DNA of 62,948 nucleotides from Candidatus Omnitrophota bacterium (GTDB lineage Bacteria; Omnitrophota; Gorgyraeia; Zapsychrales; Fredricksoniimonadaceae): NCBI GenBank assembly GCA_028870995.1, contig JAGWOI010000013.1, positions 1 to 62,948 of the forward strand, read 5' to 3'. Shown piece by piece: positions 55,051 to 62,948 of this stretch (position 1 is its first letter; each line of letters starts with the position of its first letter). The notes under the pieces were generated by a model. It saw only the letters and a program-made list of their open reading frames with translations, ran no database searches and was not told where the DNA came from. The position numbers and the translations under genes were made by a program.

Positions 55051-55401
55051 TTATACCAGCATCAAACAAGCCCATGCGGCCAGAAAACATAAGCCGCCGA
55101 TGGGCGTCAAGGCGCCCAGCCATTTAATTCCCGTCAGGGACAGGGCATATAAACTTCCGCAAAATAGTATGATACCGGCGATCATTAAATACCCGGCCCA
55201 GCCGACCCTGGGACTGTGGCTGATCGTGGAAAGCCATGCAACGACAAATAAGCCCAAGGCATGGACGAATTGATAAAGCACGGCGGTCCTGTAGATGTCA
55301 AAATAATGCTCGCTGATCTTGCTGCGGATCGCATGGGCACCGAACGCACCCAGAGCCACGGCTAAAAACATGAAAAAGGAAGCGATCCTGATCCAATTCA
55401 T
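55051..55401 (-). CDS. DUF423 family membrane protein
   Basis: GAFGAH, YQFVH, GSLY, TPIGG; start MNWIR. Confidence 0.88.
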   Translation of the reverse strand: MNWIRIASFFMFLAVALGAFGAHAIRSKISEHYFDIYRTAVLYQFVHALGLFVVAWLSTISHSPRVGWAGYLMIAGIILFCGSLYALSLTGIKWLGALTPIGGLCFLAAWACLMLV

Positions 55402-56660
55402 TTCATGTGTCCCTTCCATAAAGCGGCCTTAAGCCAGGTCAGCGCCTGTTGCAATCCTGCGCAAGTCGAGTGAACACGCGAATCAAAATGTTTTTGCCCC
55501 GAAGTGCCTTCCTTTATATAGTCTTCAATGAGCCTGGCATTAGCTGAGGCCTTGGGTTTTTCGACCATTTCCTCGGATTCCACAAGCCGCAAGCTTTCAA
55601 TGCTCATCTCGTGCCGTTGGACGCTGCCGTCCGGTTGACAGGCTGCCAGCAGGAGCTTGACATCCCTCAATAGCGGAAAAGCCACCGTGCCTTCAATGCC
55701 GTTGCTTACGATAATGATGCCTTTAAAACCGGCCCGCAGGCCCGCGGCGATCATCTTCTCGACGTAGGGCGGATGAAAAGCCGAAACGATCAGCATATCC
55801 GCTTGTAACGGGTTAATAAAGCGCTCGAGGGTGGCTAAAAAAGGACGCTTGATGATTTGATGACGCAAATCAACCCAACGGTCCAGGGCTTGGGACATCC
55901 GGGACTGGTGGAAAAACCAGCCGTAGGTAGGCTTAGCCGACGATAAATCAGCGTTGCCCGAGGCAGGTTTTATCCCGAGCGCTTGGGCAAGATCCCAAAG
56001 ATTCATCTCCATTTTGGGCCCGCTGTTGCGTCCCACCTGATGGACCACCCGCCAACCTTGAGCCTGCAACGCCTGAGCCACCAGCGGGGTGATCATATAG
56101 GAATGATCCACTCCGTCAAAAGGTTCAGAAATTTGAATAATGGGCTCTCCCTTGGGGGCCGGTGTCTTAAATTCAGACCCCAAGGTATCGTTCATGGCCT
56201 GCAACAGGCCTGCGTACTCATCATCTGTTTCATAGCGCACCCGCAAAAAACTGGCCGCCCATCCTCTAGCCGCATCCCCGGGCTCATCGGAAAACAAGAA
56301 CTTGCCCAGATCATAAGCCGTTTGCTTGTCCAAGGTATGCCCGTCCATTAATTGCCGGCATACCCATTGGGCAAACTCGGGGGCATCGGATACAACGGCC
56401 GCCAACAGCCTGGCCGGATCGCTTAAGGTACCGGGCGCAAAGGCTTGTTCCAAAATCCTTTCATCCGGCTCGATCCCCTTGGCACAAAGGCCGGCAAAAA
56501 AAGCACCTTTGGCCGCTGCAGATACCTTGCCGGATTTTAAGTCTTCGGCAATTTCCAGGGCCAACTGGGGCGTTAAAGCCTTACTTCCTTTTTTGCCGAT
56601 ACCAGCGGTCTTGATCCCCCGGTTGATGGCAGGTTCATTGGGATTCAATATAATAGCCAA
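55398..56660 (-). CDS. Anthranilate-phosphoribosyltransferase-like (glycosyltransferase family 3, YbiB-like) protein
   Basis: EPFDG, GPK, KRPFLATLE, AFHPPY, GIEG; TTG start. Confidence 0.65.
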   Translation of the reverse strand: MAIILNPNEPAINRGIKTAGIGKKGSKALTPQLALEIAEDLKSGKVSAAAKGAFFAGLCAKGIEPDERILEQAFAPGTLSDPARLLAAVVSDAPEFAQWVCRQLMDGHTLDKQTAYDLGKFLFSDEPGDAARGWAASFLRVRYETDDEYAGLLQAMNDTLGSEFKTPAPKGEPIIQISEPFDGVDHSYMITPLVAQALQAQGWRVVHQVGRNSGPKMEMNLWDLAQALGIKPASGNADLSSAKPTYGWFFHQSRMSQALDRWVDLRHQIIKRPFLATLERFINPLQADMLIVSAFHPPYVEKMIAAGLRAGFKGIIIVSNGIEGTVAFPLLRDVKLLLAACQPDGSVQRHEMSIESLRLVESEEMVEKPKASANARLIEDYIKEGTSGQKHFDSRVHSTCAGLQQALTWLKAALWKGHMK

Positions 56661-56751
56661 TATTCCCTGTCCTTTCGACTGCGTAAGGTTTCAGAAACCG
56701 TGAAAGCTTAATTATAGGAGAAAGTCCCTAAAAGGCAAGGACACTCAATGT

Positions 56752-56779
56752 TTGCATCCATGGTGAATTCAGCTATAAT
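56752..56779 (+). promoter_or_regulatory. Promoter TTGCAT-16-TATAAT for dusB
   Basis: Perfect -10 at 56774-56779, 9 nt before the ATG, no SD. Confidence 0.65.
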
Positions 56780-56788
56780 GATGCCCCT

Positions 56789-57766
56789 ATGAAAATCGGA
56801 GCCATTGCTATAGACAAGCCCTTGTGCCTGGCGCCCATGGAAGACGTCACAGAGCTTCCCTTTCGCCTGATCTGTAAAAGCTTGGGCGCGGACATCGTGT
56901 ACACGGAATTCACCTCTTCCGAAGGCATCATCCGCGATATCCCGCGCATCATGGAAAAGATACGGATCGTGGAAGAAGAACGCCCGGTGGCCATCCAGAT
57001 TTTCGGCGGCCGTCCCGAAGCTATGGGGGGTGCTGCCGAGACAATCGAAAAATTAAAACCGGATTTCATTGATATCAATTGCGGCTGCTGGGTGAAAAAC
57101 CACGTGGCCCGCAATGAAGGCGCCGGTCTGTTGAGGGACCTGCCCCTTTTTGAAAAAGTCGTCAAAGCCACCGTGGCCGGCACCAAACTGCCGGTGACCG
57201 TCAAGACCCGCCTGGGCTGGGACGATCAAAGCATCGTCATTCTCGACGTGGCCAAAATGGTGGAAGCCAGCGGCGCTCAAGCCCTGACCCTGCATTGCCG
57301 CACCCGGTCACAGGCCCATAGCGGTTTTGCCGACTGGTCCTGGCTGGAAAAAATCAAGAAAACGATCCATATCCCGGTCATCGGCAACGGCGACATCACC
57401 TGCCCCGAGGACGCCAAGGCCATGCTGGAAACCGGCTGCGACGGGGTCATGATAGGCCGGGGCGCCATTGCCAATCCCTGGATCTTCAAGCAGACCAAAC
57501 ATTATCTTAAAACCGGCGAGCACCTGCCCGAACCGTCCGTTGAAGAAAAGATCCGGACCTGCATCGAACATTTGAAACTGAACGTGCAGTACAAGGGTGA
57601 AAAGTATGGTGTGCAGACCTTCCGCAAACATTATGTCGGATATTTAAAAGGGCTGCCTAACACCGCCTCGGTCAGGAGCGCATTGATGCAACACACCGCC
57701 CTTGACCAGGTCATTGAACGCCTGAATCAATATTTGGAAACGTCACTGCTTCATGAGAAAATTTGA
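56789..57766 (+). CDS. dusB: tRNA-dihydrouridine synthase
   Basis: LAPME, QIFG, DINCGC, VTVKTRLG, LHCRT, GNGDI, GVMIGRG. Confidence 0.92.
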   Translation: MKIGAIAIDKPLCLAPMEDVTELPFRLICKSLGADIVYTEFTSSEGIIRDIPRIMEKIRIVEEERPVAIQIFGGRPEAMGGAAETIEKLKPDFIDINCGCWVKNHVARNEGAGLLRDLPLFEKVVKATVAGTKLPVTVKTRLGWDDQSIVILDVAKMVEASGAQALTLHCRTRSQAHSGFADWSWLEKIKKTIHIPVIGNGDITCPEDAKAMLETGCDGVMIGRGAIANPWIFKQTKHYLKTGEHLPEPSVEEKIRTCIEHLKLNVQYKGEKYGVQTFRKHYVGYLKGLPNTASVRSALMQHTALDQVIERLNQYLETSLLHEKI

Positions 57767-59144
57767 TGTCATTACCATAGGCTCCGGCGGCGGCGCCAAG
57801 ATCTCTTCCCCGGCAGCGTCCCTGGGGTTTAAGGTGGCGGTCATTGAGAAGGACCGTTTGGGCGGCACCTGCCTTAACCGCGGCTGCATCCCTTCCAAAA
57901 TGCTCATCCATCCGGCTGATGTGGCTGTTGAGATCAAGGAAGCGCACCGTTTTGACATCCATAACGACCCTAAATTCAGCGTCGACTTCGCCAAACTCAT
58001 TACCCGCATCTCGGCGGCGGTGGATGGGGATTCCAATAAAATCGAAACCAGCTATTCCAATCACCCGAACATCAAACTTTTTAAAGGTGCCGCCAAATTT
58101 TTAGACAACAAAACCGTTGAGATCAACGGCGAACAAATCACCGCGGATAAAATCTTTATCGCTGCAGGCACTCGGCCGGCCATCCCTGCCATTCCTGGAC
58201 TGGCTGGAACTCCGTTTATGACATCGACGGAAGCCCTGCGCAATACAACCTTGCCATCGTCGATGATCATCATCGGCGGCGGTTACATCGCCTGTGAGCT
58301 GGGCCATGCCTATGCCGGCCTGGGCACCCAGACCACCTTCCTGGTCCGCTCCAAATTGCTGCGCAAGGAAGATGCCGAAATTGCCGCTGAATTCCATAAG
58401 GTCTTCAGCCGCTATCATCGGATTGAGTTGGGTGCCGTACCGGAAAAGGTCGAGTATATCAACAACACCTTTACCGTCCATTATTCCCAGAATGGTCAAA
58501 ATCACGCGGTCAGCGCCCAGGCCTTGTTGATTGCGGCCGGCATCACCTCCAATGCCGATACGCTTGATCTGATCAATACCGATATTGAGTTACAACCCGG
58601 CAATTTTATCAAGGTCAACGAGTACCTGGAAACCGGCGTGCCCGGCGTCTATGCCCTGGGCGACTGCATCGGCCGTTATTTTTTCCGTCACAGCGTGAAT
58701 TTTGAAGGCGAATACCTTTTCGACCATCTTTTCGGCGGACATCCGCGTGCTCCTCTCCATTATCCGCCCGTGCCCCACGCCGTTTTCACCTATCCACAGG
58801 TGGCCTCGGTGGGCGCTACGGAAGAGGAATTAAAGATCAAAGGCGTCGATTATGTGATCGGGCTGAACCCGTACAAAAGCTCAGCCATGGGCATGGCCTT
58901 ATTATCCGACCATGGCTTTTGCAAGATCCTGGTGGACCGCAAGACCCGCAAACTTCTTGGCGGCCACATCATCGGGCCGGAAGCCTCGGACATGATCCAC
59001 ATGATCATCGCCTACATGAACATGAACGCCACCCTGGACGATATGCTGCGCACCATTTACATCCACCCTGCCTTGCCTGAGATCGTCCGTAACGCCGCCC
59101 GGAAAGCGAAAACTGCTTTTGACAAAAACCTTGTCAGGGTATAA
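57753..59144 (+). CDS. Pyridine nucleotide-disulfide oxidoreductase (dihydrolipoamide dehydrogenase/mycothione reductase-like)
   Basis: GGTCLNRGCIPSK, GGGYI, YALGD, C-terminal IHPALPE. Confidence 0.85.
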   Translation: MRKFDVITIGSGGGAKISSPAASLGFKVAVIEKDRLGGTCLNRGCIPSKMLIHPADVAVEIKEAHRFDIHNDPKFSVDFAKLITRISAAVDGDSNKIETSYSNHPNIKLFKGAAKFLDNKTVEINGEQITADKIFIAAGTRPAIPAIPGLAGTPFMTSTEALRNTTLPSSMIIIGGGYIACELGHAYAGLGTQTTFLVRSKLLRKEDAEIAAEFHKVFSRYHRIELGAVPEKVEYINNTFTVHYSQNGQNHAVSAQALLIAAGITSNADTLDLINTDIELQPGNFIKVNEYLETGVPGVYALGDCIGRYFFRHSVNFEGEYLFDHLFGGHPRAPLHYPPVPHAVFTYPQVASVGATEEELKIKGVDYVIGLNPYKSSAMGMALLSDHGFCKILVDRKTRKLLGGHIIGPEASDMIHMIIAYMNMNATLDDMLRTIYIHPALPEIVRNAARKAKTAFDKNLVRV

Positions 59145-59145
59145 T
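59119..59145 (+). promoter_or_regulatory. Consensus promoter TTGACA-15-TATAAT with an embedded TGACA-N7-TGTCA palindrome, upstream of the ABC operon
   Basis: TTGACA 59119-59124, TGTCA 59132-59136, TATAAT 59140-59145. Confidence 0.6.
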
Positions 59146-59156
59146 GTCACCTAAAT

Positions 59157-59885
59157 ATGCGTGATTCCGAACTGGCCATATCGATCAGGGCTTTGACCAA
59201 ATTTTATAATAACCTTCAAGCCCTGGACAAGATTGCCTTTGAAGTCAAGCGCGGGGATTTCTTCGCTTTTTTGGGGCCTAACGGCGCCGGCAAGACAACC
59301 ACCATCAATGTCCTGACCGGCCTTTCCAATTATCAAAGCGGTGAAGTGAAGGTATTTGGTTATGACGTCACAGCCGAGTACCTGCACAGCCGCCGCTTGA
59401 TCGGCCTATGCGCTCAGGAATCCAACTTCGATCCGTTTTTAAGCATTTACCAGCTGCTGGTCTATCAGGCGGAATATTTCGGCATCCCTCCCTGGGAAGC
59501 CAAACGCCGCGCCAACGAACTGCTCGAACGCTTCGGCCTGGAGGAAAAACGCAACGCCAAACACCGCGCCCTTTCCGGCGGGATGAAGAAACGCCTGTTG
59601 TTGTGCCGGGCCCTGATCCACGACCCGGAAATCCTGATCCTTGACGAACCGACCTCGGGCTGTGATCTGGAATTAAAATTCTTGATCTGGGACTATCTCT
59701 TGCAGCTCAATAAGGAAGGCAAAACCATATTCCTCACCACCCATTATATGGAAGAAGCCGAAAAGCTGTGCAAAACCATCGGTATCATCAATAACGGTAA
59801 GATTGTACGCATCGGTGATAAAAAACAGATCCTTCAGGACAAATCCCTGCAGGATGTCTTTTTGGAAATAACCGGAATCGAATAA
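59157..59885 (+). CDS. ABC-2 transporter ATP-binding protein (YadG-like)
   Basis: GPNGAGKT, LSGGM, ILDEPT, TTHYMEEA. Confidence 0.93.
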   Translation: MRDSELAISIRALTKFYNNLQALDKIAFEVKRGDFFAFLGPNGAGKTTTINVLTGLSNYQSGEVKVFGYDVTAEYLHSRRLIGLCAQESNFDPFLSIYQLLVYQAEYFGIPPWEAKRRANELLERFGLEEKRNAKHRALSGGMKKRLLLCRALIHDPEILILDEPTSGCDLELKFLIWDYLLQLNKEGKTIFLTTHYMEEAEKLCKTIGIINNGKIVRIGDKKQILQDKSLQDVFLEITGIE

Positions 59886-60664
59886 TGATCCATCAGGTCA
59901 CCAATCCGATAGGCGTCATGGCTTTGGCCAAAAGAGAGATCCACCGTTTCTTCTCCGTGGCCAACCAGACCATTTTCCCGCCGCTGGTCTCTTCCGCACT
60001 TTTTATGTATATTTTTGGTATTGCCGTAGGCTCAAGGGTCAATTTCTCCGCCATGGGACTGACCTATTTGCAGTTCATTATTCCGGGACTTATGGCCATG
60101 CACCTGATCTCCAGCGCTTATGAGAACACCTCATCGTCGCTGTTCATAGGCCGGTGGCATAACCATATCCAGGAGATCCTGCTGGCCCCCCTGTCTTACA
60201 TCGAAATGGTTTTAGGCCTGCTGGCCGGCGGGGTCGCCCGCGGCATGCTGGTCTGCCTCGGGATTTGGCTGGTCTCTCTTTTTTTTACACCGGGAAGTAT
60301 TATCCATCCCCTGGCCTTGATTTATTTCATGCTCATGATCACTGTCATTTTCTCCTGTGCGGGGATGATGGGCGCTTTATGGGCTGAAGACTTCGGCATG
60401 CTGTCCATGTGGAACACCTATGTCATCATTCCCCTGGCTTTGTTGGGCGGGGTGTTTCACCCCATTTCGCTGTTGCTGCCGGGTTTACAGATCATTTCGC
60501 ACTTTAACCCCCTCTACTACATGGTTTCCGGCATCCGTTACAGCATGACCAACGTGACGGATACGCCCGTGGCGACCTGCGCCATTGTCAGTCTAGGCAT
60601 GGCGGCCGCTGTCTTTACGGCCACCGTTTATTTGTTTAAAATCGGTTATAAGCTGCGCACCTGA
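59885..60664 (+). CDS. ABC-2 transporter permease (YadH-like)
   Basis: REIHRF, QTIFPP, FIIPGL, NPLYYMV, GYKLR. Confidence 0.9.
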   Translation: MIHQVTNPIGVMALAKREIHRFFSVANQTIFPPLVSSALFMYIFGIAVGSRVNFSAMGLTYLQFIIPGLMAMHLISSAYENTSSSLFIGRWHNHIQEILLAPLSYIEMVLGLLAGGVARGMLVCLGIWLVSLFFTPGSIIHPLALIYFMLMITVIFSCAGMMGALWAEDFGMLSMWNTYVIIPLALLGGVFHPISLLLPGLQIISHFNPLYYMVSGIRYSMTNVTDTPVATCAIVSLGMAAAVFTATVYLFKIGYKLRT

Positions 60665-60668
60665 CAAT

Positions 60669-60687
60669 AAAGGGGACAGTCCCCTTT
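60669..60687. repeat. Short palindrome AAAGGGGAC-A-GTCCCCTTT (GGGAC/GTCCC family)
   Basis: Perfect 9-bp arms right after the permease stop codon. Confidence 0.6.
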
Positions 60688-60704
60688 CACTGGTCTTCGA
60701 GAAT

Positions 60705-61397
60705 ATGCCTGAAAATTCCTTCAACGAAAATATCATTAAGGGCAAAATGCGCCGGGCCCGGGAAAAACGCGGCCTACTTTCCGGCGGAACACCGGCCGAC
60801 ATGCATGCCGTACAGGGTTCAGGCCCAGCCAACCGTCACGGCATGCCCAAGCTTCCTGTCGGGCAGCGTGAAGTCCCCAACTGGCCGGTGCTTGATCTTG
60901 GCATCGTACCCAATATCCCTATCGACCAATGGACGTTGAAGGTCGAGGGCGAGGTGAAACATCCTTACACCCTGACCTGGAAGGATTTTACGGCCATGCC
61001 CCAGGTCAAGGACACCTCCGACTTTCACTGCGTGACGTCCTGGAGCCGGATGGACAATGAATGGGAGGGCGTGCGCTTCAGGACCCTGGCGGAGAAAGCC
61101 GGATTAAAACCCTCCGCTCAATATGTTTATATCACAGGCCATGACGGCTACTCCACCAACCTTAAGTTACAGGAATGCCTGGATGACGATGTGCTGGTCG
61201 TGCATCATTGGAACGGCATTCCCCTGCCCCGCGAGCACGGCGGCCCGGCGCGCATGATCACCCCCCGCAAGTATGCCTGGAAGGGTTCCAAATGGATCAA
61301 GGAAATCTTTTTTTTGGACCGCGAGCAGCTGGGGTTCTGGGAGCTGCGCGGCTACTCCAACAGCGCCGAGCCCTGGTTCGACGACCGCTATTCCTAA
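60705..61397 (+). CDS. Cytoplasmic sulfite-oxidase-like molybdopterin oxidoreductase (YuiH-like)
   Basis: LPVGQ, DFHCVTSWS, EHGGPAR, YAWKGSKW, GFWE.RGY. Confidence 0.85.
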   Translation: MPENSFNENIIKGKMRRAREKRGLLSGGTPADMHAVQGSGPANRHGMPKLPVGQREVPNWPVLDLGIVPNIPIDQWTLKVEGEVKHPYTLTWKDFTAMPQVKDTSDFHCVTSWSRMDNEWEGVRFRTLAEKAGLKPSAQYVYITGHDGYSTNLKLQECLDDDVLVVHHWNGIPLPREHGGPARMITPRKYAWKGSKWIKEIFFLDREQLGFWELRGYSNSAEPWFDDRYS

Positions 61398-61455
61398 GGA
61401 AAGATTTCTCACTTCTTTATTGCAAGCCCGAGGAGAATTCTCTAATCTATAGGGC

Positions 61456-62337
61456 ATGAGCTTGCCGGGCAAACTCATCTATTTTCTTCTCAAATGCGGT
61501 TTTCTAAAGCGGGCCGAAAATCTTTCCGTCGACCAGGAGCGTAAATTCTTCGATGACCTCGGCAAGAGCCAGCCTCTTCCTTCCGGGATCAAGGTCGAAA
61601 AGCTGACCATCGCCGGCCTTCCGGCTGAATCTTTGGACGTCGTCGGTTCAGGGAACAAAACCATCCTCTATCTGCACGGCGGCGCTTACAATTTCGGCTC
61701 CTGTGAATCTCACCGCCCGCTGGCTGCCTGGATCGCCAAAATCCTCCAAATGCGCCTCATTCTTTTGGAATACCGCCGGGCACCGGAATCGCCGTTTCCA
61801 GCAGCCGTCGAAGATACCGTCTCAGCCTATCAATGGCTCTTAGATAATAAAAATTCACCCCAAAACATCATTTTCATCGGCGATTCAGCCGGCGGCGGTC
61901 TGGCCGTGGCCGCGGCCCTTGCCTTACGTGATAAGAAGCTTCCCCTGCCTGATGCCCTTGTTTGCCTGTCGCCTTGGGTGGATTTAAAACATACCGGTGA
62001 ATCGATCACCGGCAAAGCCCGTGAAGACGTGCTTTTGACCTTGGAGACCCTTCAAAAAACAGCGGCACGCTATGCTGGGCCGCACCCTTATGAAAACCCT
62101 TTGATCTCACCCGTCTATGCCGATCTTTCGGGATTGCCCCGCATGCTTATCCAGGTGGGCGACAAAGAAATTTTATTAAGCGATTCCACCCGTTTGGCTG
62201 AACAGGCGCAGCAGGCCGGCGGGGAGGTCAAATTAGAAATCTGGCCGGGGATGTGGCATGTCTGGCACTACCTCTCCAGATTTCTTCCAGAAGGCAAACA
62301 GGCGATCCGGAGCATCAAGGATTGGCTAAACAATTAA
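61456..62337 (+). CDS. Alpha/beta hydrolase, hormone-sensitive-lipase family esterase
   Basis: HGG oxyanion motif, YRRAPE, GDSAGG nucleophile, MWHVW. Confidence 0.92.
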   Translation: MSLPGKLIYFLLKCGFLKRAENLSVDQERKFFDDLGKSQPLPSGIKVEKLTIAGLPAESLDVVGSGNKTILYLHGGAYNFGSCESHRPLAAWIAKILQMRLILLEYRRAPESPFPAAVEDTVSAYQWLLDNKNSPQNIIFIGDSAGGGLAVAAALALRDKKLPLPDALVCLSPWVDLKHTGESITGKAREDVLLTLETLQKTAARYAGPHPYENPLISPVYADLSGLPRMLIQVGDKEILLSDSTRLAEQAQQAGGEVKLEIWPGMWHVWHYLSRFLPEGKQAIRSIKDWLNN

Positions 62338-62348
62338 GGAGAAAGTTC

Positions 62349-62948
62349 ATGCATAAAAATCAACGGACACGGCTCATTTTAAGCGTTCTCTTAACACTGG
62401 CCCTTAACCCCAAAGCTTTTGCCGCCGGATCCGGCGGCCTGCGCGATGAGACCCCGGATGCCGGCGCCTTCGGTATGGGGTCGGCCTTCGTGGGAGATGC
62501 CAGCACGCCTGCCGCTGTCTACTACAACCCTGCAGGTATGAATCAAATAAAATCCTTAAGCATCACTGCGGGTGATATAGCCATCGCCCCTCAAGCCAGT
62601 TTTAAAAGCGCCGCAACCGGCAATAATTACACCAATGACAGAAAAATATACAATATTCCTGATTTTTACGCAGTTGCCCCTGTTAACAATAAGCTTAGCC
62701 TCGGTGTCGGTGCTGGTTCCTATTGGGGACTAGGCGACAAATGGGGCGGCAACAGCCCCTTAAGATACGCCACCACCGCCGCCACTCTGGTCGTCCAGGA
62801 TTATATGCTGGCTGCATCCTACAAGGTAACCGACCGGTGGACTGTAGCGGTGAGTCTTGATAATGACTGGGCGGTCGGCAATCAAACCCAAAAAGTTAAT
62901 TTAAGCACCTACGGCCTGGCTGACGGCACCGTGCAAATAAAACAAAAC
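62349..62948 (+). CDS. OmpP1/FadL-family outer-membrane transporter, N-terminal part (runs off the window edge)
   Basis: Manual translation MHKNQRTRLILSVLLTLALNPKAFAAGSGG...GMGSAFVGDASTPAAVYYNPAGM; G.A....D......NPAG is the FadL hatch signature. Confidence 0.85.
   Translation, partial: MHKNQRTRLILSVLLTLALNPKAFAAGSGGLRDETPDAGAFGMGSAFVGDASTPAAVYYNPAGMNQIKSLSITAGDIAIAPQASFKSAATGNNYTNDRKIYNIPDFYAVAPVNNKLSLGVGAGSYWGLGDKWGGNSPLRYATTAATLVVQDYMLAASYKVTDRWTVAVSLDNDWAVGNQTQKVNLSTYGLADGTVQIKQN

Noticed and set aside
59120-59136. CusR/CopR box
   Set aside because: Half-sites resemble TGACAA/TTGTCA, but the spacing is longer than in the known box and the site is far from the copper genes.

Overview
A gene-dense bacterial chromosome segment, mostly on the minus strand. 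The gene set and the style of one giant gene suggest Candidatus Omnitrophota (OP3); this is recalled resemblance, not a database result. The backbone is housekeeping: rho (partial), coaE, glgA, polA, folD/fchA, trxB, a 2-oxoacid:ferredoxin oxidoreductase alpha/beta pair, bioB, thiC, an IscA/HesB carrier, trpBA, a CoA-ligase/thiolase/FadJ cluster, split transketolase plus transaldolase, tRNA-Lys(CTT), mtaB, dusB, an Lpd-like reductase, an ABC pair and a partial FadL-type porin. A copper-resistance cluster (P1B ATPase, CusBA, YHS, DUF2231-like, hemerythrin) spans about 40.7-51.6 kb. The standout is a 1874-aa protein (12144-17768) with an N-terminal signal-like segment and about 200-aa cassettes separated by six D-x-A-M motifs. 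The cassettes include two protein-kinase-like domains (one with the catalytic Asp replaced by His), a Fic-like domain and a tandem duplication, consistent with a cassette-type effector polyprotein. Second is an unannotated ~98-nt rod-shaped RNA candidate at 27411-27508 with its own promoter and U-tail. Also found: a BirA-type operator that may double as the giant gene's terminator, a 53-aa secreted peptide missed by the ORF track, several likely leaderless genes and a family of GGGAC/GTCCC palindromes. No CRISPR array, integrase or transposase was seen. All product calls come from motif recognition by eye; no searches were run.
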